This document shows positions 10,223 through 20,021 of a DNA stretch of 64,000 bases, piece by piece; the first letter of the stretch is position 1; each line of letters begins with the position of its first letter. Where the stretch lies: the IMG/VR virus record IMGVR_UViG_3300009183_000059, positions 30,141 through 94,140 of that record; one strand, 5' to 3'. The notes below the pieces were generated by a model. The model searched no databases. It worked only from the letters and a program-made list of their open reading frames with translations, and had not been told where the DNA came from. The stretch is from a virus. Both the position numbers and the translations under genes were made by a program.

Positions 10223-10558
10223 ATGGCATATACACCAACAAGATTTGCTGGTCCTGTAGCATTAACTACAGTTCCAATGTTACTTTCAACATTTTCTACA
10301 CCAGGATTAATAAAAGAGTTTATTGTTACAAATACTAGTAGCGGAGTTTTATACTTCTCGTTTGCTGTTGTTCCAAACGGAACAGAATACGGCTTAGATT
10401 CTCAAAAAATATATACTCTTAACTCTATTGAAGGAAATGAAACAATTACTCTTTCGCACTCCCTAGTTGTAAATTCAGGAGATAAAATCTATGGTTTTGG
10501 CAGCATACCTAATCTGATTAATGCAACAATCAGCGGTGTGTCAATTACTGCTAACTAA
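10223..10558 (+). CDS. Small beta-sandwich virion protein
   Basis: Paralogue of 5059..5376. Confidence 0.5.
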   Translation: MAYTPTRFAGPVALTTVPMLLSTFSTPGLIKEFIVTNTSSGVLYFSFAVVPNGTEYGLDSQKIYTLNSIEGNETITLSHSLVVNSGDKIYGFGSIPNLINATISGVSITAN

Positions 10559-10586
10559 TCAAGATAAACTATGTAAGGGGAGAATA

Positions 10587-12230
10587 ATGAAAATCGCACA
10601 GGTACTGTTTGATCAGTCCCAGCAATCATTTTCTGACATCTCTGGAAAAAATTTAGTATTACCAAAAACTGGAACATTCATATCTACACCACCACTTACC
10701 TCAAGAACAAAGAATTCAATCCCATTTACGGGAACTAATTCTTTAACAATACAGGATGTTCCAATAGCAAAAAGAACCCACGAAGAAGAAGAATTTTCAA
10801 TATCCTTCTATATGAAGGCAGGAAACACATTTGATTCTTTAACTAATGTTATTTATGACTCTTCTAACAATATAGGTATAAGCATATTTAAATCAAATAT
10901 TACTTTTACTATATCAGACTCATCTAATACTTTAAGTTCTATTTCATACAAAATTCCAGAAATAGGAAACGCATACCATATTGCAGCTGTTTACTCTAAA
11001 AGAACAATGCAACTTTTTGTTGATGGTATAGCAAGATCTAGCAAAACACTCTCAGAGGCATTTGAGTTTAAAGCCATATCAAACCTAAACCTATTACTTG
11101 GTGGTAATGGTTATTACATATTAATAGATAAACTAGAGGTATTTAATGAGGCAATTTCTACTAAATATATAGATTCAGAAATGCTATTAGATTTAGTCTA
11201 TCAAAATCCAGGACAAATAATGAGCCTTGACGATGCATCATATTTTAGTTTTTCTAAAAACTTAAAGCCAATTAAAACTGGATTTTCTTATGGCGCCAAC
11301 AAATCATTGTCTACTGCAGCCATGGTAAATGTAAGTGAAGCTTTTAAAAATTATTTAATCTTAAATGACGGACAAAACTCTGGATACTTTACAGACTCTG
11401 CTTTTATAACAACAATTGATAACAATCAAATAGATTGGTATGGAGATTCTGGCGGAATACAAGTTTCTTGGAATATGGACGGCAGCAATACCTATATCCC
11501 TTTAATTAATCATTCTGATATTCCAGGATTTACTGGAGGAATGCTTTATTACAAGGTTACTCTAACAAGAGACTCAGCTAGCTTGGCAAGTCCTGTGTTT
11601 ACTGGCCTAGATTTTATATCTTATGACAGTAAAGAATTTAGATCAGATAATACCCTGTATGCCTTAGATACAGATTTTAATTACCATGTGGGTAAATACT
11701 CAAACTCTATTTTATCTCAGTCTTTAGAAAACGGAATTAAGACCTTATCTGGCGGAGTTAAGGTATTAGGCACAACAGCTAGGTCCGTAGAGTTTATGTT
11801 CAACCCTTCTGGACTTGGGCAAACATGCCTATTAGATTTGGGCGGAGCAAGATACTCATGGTCAGGAGCTGGTAGTATAACAAAGACTGGAATATCGTCT
11901 ATATACGTAAATGGAGTTAACCTATATAGCCAGACATCCATATCAAATGTATTTAATTCTGGCATATGGCATCATGTTGTCATAACACTATCTCAAGATC
12001 AGACAGACACCCTATATTTAAATCAATCAAAGACGGGAACATTAATAGGTTCAGATAATAGCTTTGCACACTTAGGAATATATAATTATGATATGTCTGC
12101 AAAGGCTATTTCACATTATAAATACCTTACATCTAGAGTATCAGAGGCAACATCTTCTGATTCCATATCTATAGGCTCAGACTCATATTCTGGCTATAAT
12201 CTGGACAAAGTAGTTCTTTCAACACAATAA
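10587..12230 (+). CDS. LamG/concanavalin-A-like structural protein (two lectin-like domains)
   Basis: YHIAAVY...LFVDG and WHHVVIT motifs. GGGGAG SD before the ATG at 10587. Confidence 0.7.
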   Translation: MKIAQVLFDQSQQSFSDISGKNLVLPKTGTFISTPPLTSRTKNSIPFTGTNSLTIQDVPIAKRTHEEEEFSISFYMKAGNTFDSLTNVIYDSSNNIGISIFKSNITFTISDSSNTLSSISYKIPEIGNAYHIAAVYSKRTMQLFVDGIARSSKTLSEAFEFKAISNLNLLLGGNGYYILIDKLEVFNEAISTKYIDSEMLLDLVYQNPGQIMSLDDASYFSFSKNLKPIKTGFSYGANKSLSTAAMVNVSEAFKNYLILNDGQNSGYFTDSAFITTIDNNQIDWYGDSGGIQVSWNMDGSNTYIPLINHSDIPGFTGGMLYYKVTLTRDSASLASPVFTGLDFISYDSKEFRSDNTLYALDTDFNYHVGKYSNSILSQSLENGIKTLSGGVKVLGTTARSVEFMFNPSGLGQTCLLDLGGARYSWSGAGSITKTGISSIYVNGVNLYSQTSISNVFNSGIWHHVVITLSQDQTDTLYLNQSKTGTLIGSDNSFAHLGIYNYDMSAKAISHYKYLTSRVSEATSSDSISIGSDSYSGYNLDKVVLSTQ

Positions 12231-12273
12231 TTAGGCCATACCAAATACAGTTATGGACTTATATGATAGAAAA

Positions 12274-12282
12274 TGGTAGAAT
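12274..12282 (+). promoter_or_regulatory. Extended -10 TGGTAGAAT, likely leaderless start of the head operon
   Basis: 6 nt before the ATG at 12289, with no SD. Confidence 0.6.
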
Positions 12283-12288
12283 ATATAT

Positions 12289-12633
12289 ATGCTAAATAAA
12301 TTAGGTAAAGCCAAGGTAGTTGCAGACAAGACCAAGTATGGAGTCTATGTTTGGGAAATGCCAGATGGCAAATGGGTAGGAGACGATGAAGGTCACTACA
12401 TGTTGATCCCAGCAGTCTTTGGTGATGCGGAAAAAATTAAGATTTTAAAAGAAGCAGCAGAGGGATATGGAGTTACTGAGGGTGCACCAAAGTTTCTTCC
12501 AGGTCGTAGAAAAGTTTCTGATGAAGAGTATGCAGCACAAGAAGCAAGACTGCATGCTGGTTTGACACCAGATCCGTGGGATCTTGGAGAAGGTTTAGAC
12601 GCCGCAAAAAGGATGGTACAAAATGGCCGCTGA
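12289..12633 (+). CDS. Hypothetical protein upstream of portal
   Basis: ORF overlapping the portal start. Confidence 0.7.
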   Translation: MLNKLGKAKVVADKTKYGVYVWEMPDGKWVGDDEGHYMLIPAVFGDAEKIKILKEAAEGYGVTEGAPKFLPGRRKVSDEEYAAQEARLHAGLTPDPWDLGEGLDAAKRMVQNGR

Positions 12634-14191
12634 GTTCATTGAAGATACAGAGACGATTGAGATAAGTGGATCTGGCGATATGTTCGCTGGTGTTCGTGGA
12701 AACGAATATGGAGATCCGTTTAGTCGTGGTTTAGATGAAGTAAAAAAGATGAGTGGGTTTAGCACCAACTTTAAAAAGAAGGTTGCTAGAACAGATTTTT
12801 CAAAGTTCCTTCGTGGAGATGGTTCACAGAGCACAGCAATTGTAGAACCATTTATGATTACTGGATACAGCATACTTGATGTTGTTATGCCTCCATACAA
12901 CCTAGACTACCTTGCAAAGATTTATGAAATTTCTTCACCACATTATGCTGCAGTCAATGCAAAGATTGCAAACATCGTTGGTTTAGGCTATGATTTTGTT
13001 GAGAGTGAAGCAACTAAAGAGCGCCTCTCAGATATAGAAGATGAAAAAGGTTTAGAGAGAGCACGTAGAAAGCTTGAAAGATTAAAGCTTCAAATGCATA
13101 CTTGGCTAGAGAACACAAACGAAGAAGAAACATTTGTAGAGACTCTTGCTAGAGTTTGGAAAGACTATGAGACAACTGGAAACGGTTACCTTGAAGTAGG
13201 AAGAAAAAATACTGGAGAGATTGGCTACATTGGCCATGTTCCATCAGCATCAATGCGTATTCGCAGAATGAGAGATGGATTTGTCCAGATCATTGGAAAC
13301 CAAACTGTATTCTTTAGAAATTACGGAGATACTGAAACTCCAAACCCTATAACTTCAGACGTAGTGCCAAATGAAGTTATTCACTTTAAGAATTACACTC
13401 CAACAAACGGCTTCTACGGAGTGCCAGATATTATTTCCTCAAAGAATGCTATGGCAGGAAATGAATTTGCGGCAAGATTTAATCTAGACTATTTTGAGAA
13501 CAAGGCCGTCCCTAGATACATTATTACAGTCAAGGGTGCAAAGTTGTCTAACGATGCAGAAAGAAAGCTCCTAGAGTTCTTCCAGACAGGTTTAAAGGGC
13601 AAGAATCATCGCTCCTTATACATACCTTTACCTTCAGATAATTCTGACTCAAAGGTTGAGTTTAAAATGGAAGCAGTTGAGGCTGGAGTTCAAGACTCCT
13701 CATTTGATAAATATAAGTCAGCCAACAGAGATGAAATATTAATGTCTCACCGTGTCCCTATTAGCAAGATCGGAACTCCTCAAGGAGTATCCCTTGCAAA
13801 TGCCAAGGATGCCGATAAGACATTCAAAGAGCAGGTATGTAGACCATCACAAAGAACTCTTGAAAAGAGACTAGGCAAGATTATTGCTGAAAAGACAGAC
13901 ATGTTCTTGATCAAGTTCAATGAATTAACATTGACAGATGAAGATACTCAATCCAAGATTGATGAGAGATACCTAAGAATGAAGGTCATTGTTCCGAATG
14001 AAATTCGTGCTAGAATGGGACTACAAGGTTTATCGGGTGGAGATGTACCTGTTGAATTGAACGCAAAAACAGCCGCTGAGTTAACAACTCAAGCCACAGG
14101 CAATAGACAGCGAGATCAAGAAAGACAGGCAAATCAAGCAGACAACGGTGGAAGCAGAAATGCTCAAGGCGACGGACGTCAAACTCAATAG
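12623..14191 (+). CDS. Portal protein (PBSX/HK97-like)
   Basis: D...TGNGYLEV.R, NEVIHFK.Y.P...YGVPD, YFENKAVP, EIL..HRVP and PNEIR..MGL motifs. Confidence 0.92.
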   Translation: MAAEFIEDTETIEISGSGDMFAGVRGNEYGDPFSRGLDEVKKMSGFSTNFKKKVARTDFSKFLRGDGSQSTAIVEPFMITGYSILDVVMPPYNLDYLAKIYEISSPHYAAVNAKIANIVGLGYDFVESEATKERLSDIEDEKGLERARRKLERLKLQMHTWLENTNEEETFVETLARVWKDYETTGNGYLEVGRKNTGEIGYIGHVPSASMRIRRMRDGFVQIIGNQTVFFRNYGDTETPNPITSDVVPNEVIHFKNYTPTNGFYGVPDIISSKNAMAGNEFAARFNLDYFENKAVPRYIITVKGAKLSNDAERKLLEFFQTGLKGKNHRSLYIPLPSDNSDSKVEFKMEAVEAGVQDSSFDKYKSANRDEILMSHRVPISKIGTPQGVSLANAKDADKTFKEQVCRPSQRTLEKRLGKIIAEKTDMFLIKFNELTLTDEDTQSKIDERYLRMKVIVPNEIRARMGLQGLSGGDVPVELNAKTAAELTTQATGNRQRDQERQANQADNGGSRNAQGDGRQTQ

Positions 14192-14237
14192 ACTGGTATT
14201 TGCGTTTTAATCTACTAAGAGATATTATAATAACACT

Positions 14238-15581
14238 ATGGAAATAACTAAGTCTAATTGGACCACTAGCGGAAACAACATTAAGTTGAGCATTCCGTTC
14301 TCAAAGGTCGATCAAAACAAGCGAACAGTCTCTGGCTACGCAACACTAGACAATGTAGACTCACACGGAGATATTGTTTCTTCTGAAGCCTCACTCGGAG
14401 CATTCATGAGATTCCGTGGAAATGTTAGAGAAATGCACCAGCCTATGGCGGTAGGAAAAGTTGTAGCATTTGAACCTAAAAGTTATTACGATCCAAAAGA
14501 AGGTAAAGTTTATAATGGTGTTTACGTGACATCATATGTTTCAAAGGGTGCACAAGATACTTGGGAAAAAGTTCTTGATGGCACTCTTTCTGGTTTCTCA
14601 ATTGGCGGATCAATTAAGAAGTCAGACAATGAGTTTATTGACGGTCAAGAAGAGCCAATAAGAGTAATCAAAGATTACGACCTAGTAGAGTTGTCCCTTG
14701 TAGATAATCCAGCCAATCAGTTAGCAAATATTTTTTCTATTGAAAAAGTTAATGGAGCTATGGTTATGAAGGGAATTGCAACAGGCATTACACCAGAGAA
14801 TATTTTTTGGTGCGGTCAAGATTCAATTGCAATAACATCAGAAAATGATACAGCAACTTGTGATAACTGCTCATGCAATATGGAACAAATTGGATGGGTA
14901 GAATCATCTGACGTTTCCAAAGCAGAATCAATTAAATTAATTGTTGATTCATTTGTACAAAAGAATTCTGAGATTGAAAATATCGCAGAAGAACGTCGTG
15001 AAGCTAACGACGGCGTTGATTTAAATAAAAACACAGCCAATGTAGGAGGTACAGAAGTGGCAGAAAATACAGAACTTCAGTCTGAAGTTGTAGACGCACC
15101 AGCAGCTGAAGCAGTTGTTGAAGCACCAGCAGCTGAGGAAGTAGTTGAGGCAGCAGAAGTTGCCGCAGAAGCTCCAAAGGGCGATGAAGAAGTTGTCGAA
15201 AAGGCAGCAGATATTCAAGAGATCGCCGTAGAAGAGTTAGATTTCGCAAAGAAGCTTGATGAACTCAAGTCGTTCTTCGCCGATAACTTTGCAAAGAATG
15301 CATCTGAGAATGCAACAGGTCTAGAGTCAGTACGTAACAATGTTGAGGAACTAGTTAAGGGTACAGAATCAAAGATCGAAGATCTTGCAAAGAAGTACGA
15401 TGAAATTTCTGGCATCGTAAAGGGCATCACAGATGCTCTTACAGCAACAGAAAAAAGAATTGATTCAGTTGAAACTTCAACTGCTATCAAAAAGTCAGCA
15501 GACCTTGGCGGGTCTAATGATGAACCAATTAAGAAAAGCAAGTGGAACGGCACTTTCCTCGGTGTTCGTGAAATTCTCTAA
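14238..15581 (+). CDS. Prohead maturation protease (HK97-type) fused to a C-terminal scaffold
   Basis: REMHQ, GFSIGG and ELSLVDNPAN protease motifs, then an acidic Ala/Glu linker and a coiled coil. Confidence 0.9.
   Translation: MEITKSNWTTSGNNIKLSIPFSKVDQNKRTVSGYATLDNVDSHGDIVSSEASLGAFMRFRGNVREMHQPMAVGKVVAFEPKSYYDPKEGKVYNGVYVTSYVSKGAQDTWEKVLDGTLSGFSIGGSIKKSDNEFIDGQEEPIRVIKDYDLVELSLVDNPANQLANIFSIEKVNGAMVMKGIATGITPENIFWCGQDSIAITSENDTATCDNCSCNMEQIGWVESSDVSKAESIKLIVDSFVQKNSEIENIAEERREANDGVDLNKNTANVGGTEVAENTELQSEVVDAPAAEAVVEAPAAEEVVEAAEVAAEAPKGDEEVVEKAADIQEIAVEELDFAKKLDELKSFFADNFAKNASENATGLESVRNNVEELVKGTESKIEDLAKKYDEISGIVKGITDALTATEKRIDSVETSTAIKKSADLGGSNDEPIKKSKWNGTFLGVREIL
15057..15581 (+). CDS. 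Nested in-frame scaffold protein (internal start)
   Basis: AGGAGGT at 15044-15050 lies 6 nt before an in-frame GTG at 15057. Confidence 0.65.
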   Translation: MAENTELQSEVVDAPAAEAVVEAPAAEEVVEAAEVAAEAPKGDEEVVEKAADIQEIAVEELDFAKKLDELKSFFADNFAKNASENATGLESVRNNVEELVKGTESKIEDLAKKYDEISGIVKGITDALTATEKRIDSVETSTAIKKSADLGGSNDEPIKKSKWNGTFLGVREIL

Positions 15582-15604
15582 AGACAAGGCAGGTGAAAAA
15601 ACAA

Positions 15605-16690
15605 ATGAGTAATGAACTATTAGAAAAAGCAGTAGTTACAGCGCAGACAGGAGCCAACGCTCTTGGCGTATCAGGCGATGATTCAGCTCGTGGTGGCTTA
15701 CTAAAGCCAGATCAAGCTAATCGTTTCATCGACTATATGTTTGATGCAACAGTTGTAACAAAGTTTGCTAGAACCATTCGTATGCGTTCTGACATTCAAG
15801 AAATCGACAAGATCGGTGTAGGCGAAAGAATCCTTAAGGTTGCTACAGAAGCATCTGATACAGGAGCAGCACAATCAGTTGTGTTCGCTAAGATCTCTCT
15901 TGCAACAAAGAAGCTCCGTTTAGATTGGGAGCTTTCAACTGAATCTTTAGAAGACGGCATTGAGGGCCAAGACCTAGAAGACCACATCGCAAGATTGATG
16001 GCTACTCAGGTTGGTAACGATGTTGAGGATCTTATCCTTAACGGAGTTGGAACAGGCTCAGATACACTTCTAAAAGCATTCAAGGGTGTTACAACCATCG
16101 CAAAGACAGAAGCAAATGTTGTTGATGCAGCAGGTGCAACAATTTCTAAGAGCATCTTTAATGACGCTCTTAAGAAGATGCCACGTCGCTACAAGCAACG
16201 TCGCAACCAACTACGTTTCCTTACAGGAAGCAATTTGGTACAGGACTACTTATACAGCCTAACATCACTTCCAGGATCACCAGAAGATATCGCATCTTCT
16301 ATCGTTCGTGGAGATGTTGCAGCTAATAATGGTGCTCCAGGAGGCGTAATCCCTTACGCATACGGTATCCCAGTACTAGAAGTTCCACTTCTAGATGAGA
16401 ACCAAACTGGAACATACACAAGTCCATCAGGTGCACACGGAGACGTACACCTCACATTCCCAGACAACATTATTGTTGGTGTGAAGCGTGACATTACAGT
16501 ACACCGTGAGTTCAAGCCAAAGAAGGATACAACAGAATATACTCTGTTCCTTCGTGTTGGTACAGCAATCGAAAATCCTGACGCATTCGTTGTCGTCAAG
16601 AACGTAAAGGTTGCAGCAGGATACGATACACGTGACTTCGCAGCCTCAACTGGCGGAAGCTACACAAATCTTCCAGCATCACGTCCATAA
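15605..16690 (+). CDS. Major capsid protein (HK97 fold)
   Basis: GGLL.P.Q..RFIDY, KIGVG.RIL, ED.IEG and D.EDL..NG motifs. Located after the scaffold and followed by a terminator. Confidence 0.92.
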   Translation: MSNELLEKAVVTAQTGANALGVSGDDSARGGLLKPDQANRFIDYMFDATVVTKFARTIRMRSDIQEIDKIGVGERILKVATEASDTGAAQSVVFAKISLATKKLRLDWELSTESLEDGIEGQDLEDHIARLMATQVGNDVEDLILNGVGTGSDTLLKAFKGVTTIAKTEANVVDAAGATISKSIFNDALKKMPRRYKQRRNQLRFLTGSNLVQDYLYSLTSLPGSPEDIASSIVRGDVAANNGAPGGVIPYAYGIPVLEVPLLDENQTGTYTSPSGAHGDVHLTFPDNIIVGVKRDITVHREFKPKKDTTEYTLFLRVGTAIENPDAFVVVKNVKVAAGYDTRDFAASTGGSYTNLPASRP

Positions 16691-16716
16691 TTATAAATTA
16701 GGACAAAATCTGTGAG

Positions 16717-16752
16717 AAGGACCCCTTTCTTTAAAGGGGTCCTTTTCCTTTA
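16717..16752 (+). terminator. Intrinsic terminator after the capsid gene
   Basis: 12-bp stem AAGGACCCCTTT/AAAGGGGTCCTT followed by a T-rich tract. Confidence 0.8.
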
Positions 16753-16797
16753 TAGTGTGTAAAATGCTATAATTAAAACAAAGAAATGGAGAAATAA

Positions 16798-17190
16798 ATG
16801 TCATTAGAGTCAATGAAATTGGCAGAACTAAAAAAGGTAGCAGAAGAATTTGCTGTAGATCTAGAATCTGCAAAGACTAAAGCCGAGGTTCTTGCAGCCC
16901 TAGCGGAAGAGGGGGTAACATCAGACCTAATTAATAATTTGAAAAAGGTGGAAAGAGAAGAGATGCCACCACCACCAGTGTTTGCTAATGCGGAAGAATT
17001 TAATCAAGATCCAGGTTCAGCGCTGGTAAAGATGGAAAGGCTAAATAGAAGCTTTCATACCCGTGGGTATAGTTTTAGCCAAGAGCACCCATTTGTAGCA
17101 ATGAGAATGGAAGATGCACTAGAAATTTTGGATACAGAAGAAGGTTTTAGATTAGCTTCACCTAGAGAAGTTAACGAATACTACTCATAA
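16798..17190 (+). CDS. Head-associated small protein with a Rho-N/HeH-like N-terminus
   Basis: MKLAELKKVAEEF.V......TKAEVL motif. TGCTATAAT upstream at 16764. Confidence 0.55.
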   Translation: MSLESMKLAELKKVAEEFAVDLESAKTKAEVLAALAEEGVTSDLINNLKKVEREEMPPPPVFANAEEFNQDPGSALVKMERLNRSFHTRGYSFSQEHPFVAMRMEDALEILDTEEGFRLASPREVNEYYS

Positions 17191-17201
17191 GGAGATAACA
17201 A

Positions 17202-18131
17202 ATGGCAGAGATACACGCTGGAACTAATGGTCCTATAAACTTTAAGACTTACTATAATGGTATAGCCAAGGATCCAGATGTTGGTCCAACAGTTACTATA
17301 TTTTATGAGGATGCTACAACTGGCACAGTTCTAACTGCCAATAACACTGATGTTGATGCAGGAAGCTATTTTACATATGTTCCTATATCAGCTACAACAA
17401 CCTATAAATATTTTTATTTAAAGATTGACTATACAATTTCTGGAACAGTATTTTCTGATCGAAAGCACTACCTTGTAACACGACCATATGCAACAGTTGC
17501 AGACATTGTAGATTATTCTGGATACGGCGTAGACACAGTAGATACCAACTACAAAACATATGATGAAATTATGTCTGCTGAAAGATATGCTAGATTTAAG
17601 ATTAATGCCTTTACTGGACAAAAATTTGATTATGTTCAAAAGACTATATCAGTACTTGGCGACGGAGTAGATGTACTATTACTACCAGAAAGAATTCAAT
17701 CTATATCTAAGGTATATGAGAACGATGTTTTAGTATACGATTCAACATCTGCAAATAATCAAGTTACATTAAAGGTTACAGATACCAACTATGCAATTGC
17801 AATAGACAAAGGCGCAGGCTTAGAAGTATTTGAGTCATACCCTTACCAAGCAGATAGACCAAATGCTGGATATTTTAATAACGGATCAAAGTATAGTGTT
17901 GAAGGAATGTTTGGATACAAGAATGTTCCAATTGAAATCTATGACTGCACAATAAGACTGGCAAATGACTTTTTCCACCAAGACACTATATGGAAGGAGA
18001 AGTATGTTAAGTCTATGCAGACTGGTGACTGGAACGTTGATATTTCTCCAGCAGCATTTACTGGAACAGGCAACTCTGCAGTAGACAGAATGCTTGAGCC
18101 ATTCGTTGCTAACCGTATGGTGGTTATTTAA
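17202..18131 (+). CDS. Head-tail connector/adaptor protein
   Basis: Position; PYAT..D, AE.YAR..I..FTGQ.F, G.FGY..VP..I and TGN..VD.ML.PF motifs. Confidence 0.7.
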   Translation: MAEIHAGTNGPINFKTYYNGIAKDPDVGPTVTIFYEDATTGTVLTANNTDVDAGSYFTYVPISATTTYKYFYLKIDYTISGTVFSDRKHYLVTRPYATVADIVDYSGYGVDTVDTNYKTYDEIMSAERYARFKINAFTGQKFDYVQKTISVLGDGVDVLLLPERIQSISKVYENDVLVYDSTSANNQVTLKVTDTNYAIAIDKGAGLEVFESYPYQADRPNAGYFNNGSKYSVEGMFGYKNVPIEIYDCTIRLANDFFHQDTIWKEKYVKSMQTGDWNVDISPAAFTGTGNSAVDRMLEPFVANRMVVI

Positions 18132-18562
18132 TGTCAAGAGGCCTTATAGAATCTACCCTAAACATGAAAATGGATGTTTATGAGGTCATTGTTTCACAGG
18201 ATGAAAATACTGGAGCACTTGTAAAGAAATGGGGATATAAGAGCACAGAGCCATGCTTGGCTAGAGGTTATATATCTGAAACTGGAAGAACTGGCGGAAG
18301 CTCAGAAAAGACTGGCGAAAGATACGAAAATACTGAAAGAATAATTATTGAGACAAAGTATAAGACATCAAAGACACAAAGACTTACTAACATTAGAAAC
18401 GACAGAGATGAAGTAATCTGGTTTGAATTAATTAGCAATAACTACGATACCCCAACTATATTTGACGTAATGGGAGTTACCCCAGTCCTTGATCCATTTG
18501 GCCAAATACTATCATTTAATATAACCGCTAAACGCTCAGAGGTACAAAAGCTTGAAGTCTAA
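18131..18562 (+). CDS. Head closure/stopper protein
   Basis: Position and size within the neck module. Confidence 0.55.
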   Translation: MSRGLIESTLNMKMDVYEVIVSQDENTGALVKKWGYKSTEPCLARGYISETGRTGGSSEKTGERYENTERIIIETKYKTSKTQRLTNIRNDRDEVIWFELISNNYDTPTIFDVMGVTPVLDPFGQILSFNITAKRSEVQKLEV

Positions 18563-19343
18563 CATAATCTCACAAATTAAATCTGCTGAGCAAGTTATGT
18601 CAATGGGCGGAAGCAAAGGCATGATCAAAGATAATGGCTCAATAGCTAAGATAGCATCAGCACTATATTATAAAGCAGCGGCATTAGACTATTTAGTTAA
18701 TTCTTCATTAACACAAAAAGCAGTAAAAACAAAGATTTTTAATCAGATAAACAAAGACTTTTCATTTTATACAGATGCACAGGCTAGGAGCTACACATCT
18801 AGGCTACACCACGTATATGAGTGGAGAAGACCTGGAGACCCGTCAGCGAGGCTGTGGAGCCTTGATATGACCCCTTCTACGGGATACAACATGTCTTTGT
18901 CATATTCATTTAAGCAGTCCAGATCAAATGTTCCTAATACAAGATCATTAAAGAAATATGTATTTAAAGAGAAAGCAAGAATTATGGAATATAGAATTCC
19001 AGTAACTATTAGGCCTAAAGCGGCATCAATAAGACTAGCCTTTGAAGGAAGAGATGGGAAGCTGGTTGTCCTTCCAAAAGGCCAAAGCGTTAGAGTTAAA
19101 AATCCAGGCGGAAACAATGTATATAACGGATTTGGAAGAACCTATGAAAGATTCTTTAAGGGCAATATGGTTAAAACTAGCATTGAAGATTCTGGAGTTA
19201 AGGGTGCAGTTACCAGAGCAACAAAAACTTCTACTAAGGTTCCAGCCATGATTTCAAGCAAATTGTCTATTGGAAGAATATCTCCAGAGGCTGTAAGATC
19301 ACTTGCTAAGGCAAGTGCATTGAGGGAGGCTAACAAAATATAA
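18552..19343 (+). CDS. Neck/tail completion protein
   Basis: Basic protein with LHHVYEW...G....RL and F..KA.IME motifs; neck module position. Confidence 0.5.
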   Translation: MKSNIISQIKSAEQVMSMGGSKGMIKDNGSIAKIASALYYKAAALDYLVNSSLTQKAVKTKIFNQINKDFSFYTDAQARSYTSRLHHVYEWRRPGDPSARLWSLDMTPSTGYNMSLSYSFKQSRSNVPNTRSLKKYVFKEKARIMEYRIPVTIRPKAASIRLAFEGRDGKLVVLPKGQSVRVKNPGGNNVYNGFGRTYERFFKGNMVKTSIEDSGVKGAVTRATKTSTKVPAMISSKLSIGRISPEAVRSLAKASALREANKI

Positions 19344-19888
19344 TGGCAAACTATTCATTAAATGCTGCAGGAGCCGTAAGAGACTTCTTGTGGAGTAAGC
19401 TAAGCACAACAGATTCAAATGTTAAATCTGGTCAAAAGATGTTTGAACCATCAGACTATCAGATTGATCTATTGAGCGGAACCGAATTCACAATGATACC
19501 TATCATTCCATCACAGCAGGATGCCTTGTTAGACGGAGCCCTAGCAGATAGAAATCATATTATTTATGATTATGTAGCAGATGGATATGAGGACAATTGG
19601 ATGATCTGCAGAGATTCAATGATGTTCACAATATACTCCAAGTCATATGCTGAGATTGCAGAGGTTCAAAACTTAATGCTAGATCTATTCAGAAGAATGG
19701 ATGATACAGCGGAAGACATAAACAACTTTATAGGCTCAAATTCACCATTTATCTTCTTTTCGGTCTCACTGATCGACCTTCTTTCTCCAGAACCAGAACG
19801 TGAAAAGGTTGGATGGCAGGCAGGACAGGTCGTAATCAGATATAAGTATGGAAGACAGATATCAGCAACTACAGGTAGATTCTCGTAG
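19343..19888 (+). CDS. Tail terminator-like protein
   Basis: Acidic protein immediately before the tail tube gene. Confidence 0.55.
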   Translation: MANYSLNAAGAVRDFLWSKLSTTDSNVKSGQKMFEPSDYQIDLLSGTEFTMIPIIPSQQDALLDGALADRNHIIYDYVADGYEDNWMICRDSMMFTIYSKSYAEIAEVQNLMLDLFRRMDDTAEDINNFIGSNSPFIFFSVSLIDLLSPEPEREKVGWQAGQVVIRYKYGRQISATTGRFS

Positions 19889-19891
19889 GCC

Positions 19892-19920
19892 TTGCTTTTT
19901 AATATGTTAGGCTGTATTAT
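19892..19920 (+). promoter_or_regulatory. Sigma70-type promoter for the tail tube gene
   Basis: TTGCTT-17 nt-TATTAT. Confidence 0.55.
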
Positions 19921-20021
19921 TTAACTATCGAGGATTTGTCAGCCTAGCCAGCTGTTCGTTTTAATTGGTAAGATTTTAAGCAAGAACTATATCCACAAAA
20001 AAGATGGAGGTGGAAACAAAA

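Noticed and set aside
15096-15150. Short direct repeat GCACCAGCAGCTGA
   Set aside because: It encodes APAAEAVVE/APAAEEVVE in the low-complexity scaffold linker and is not a DNA element.
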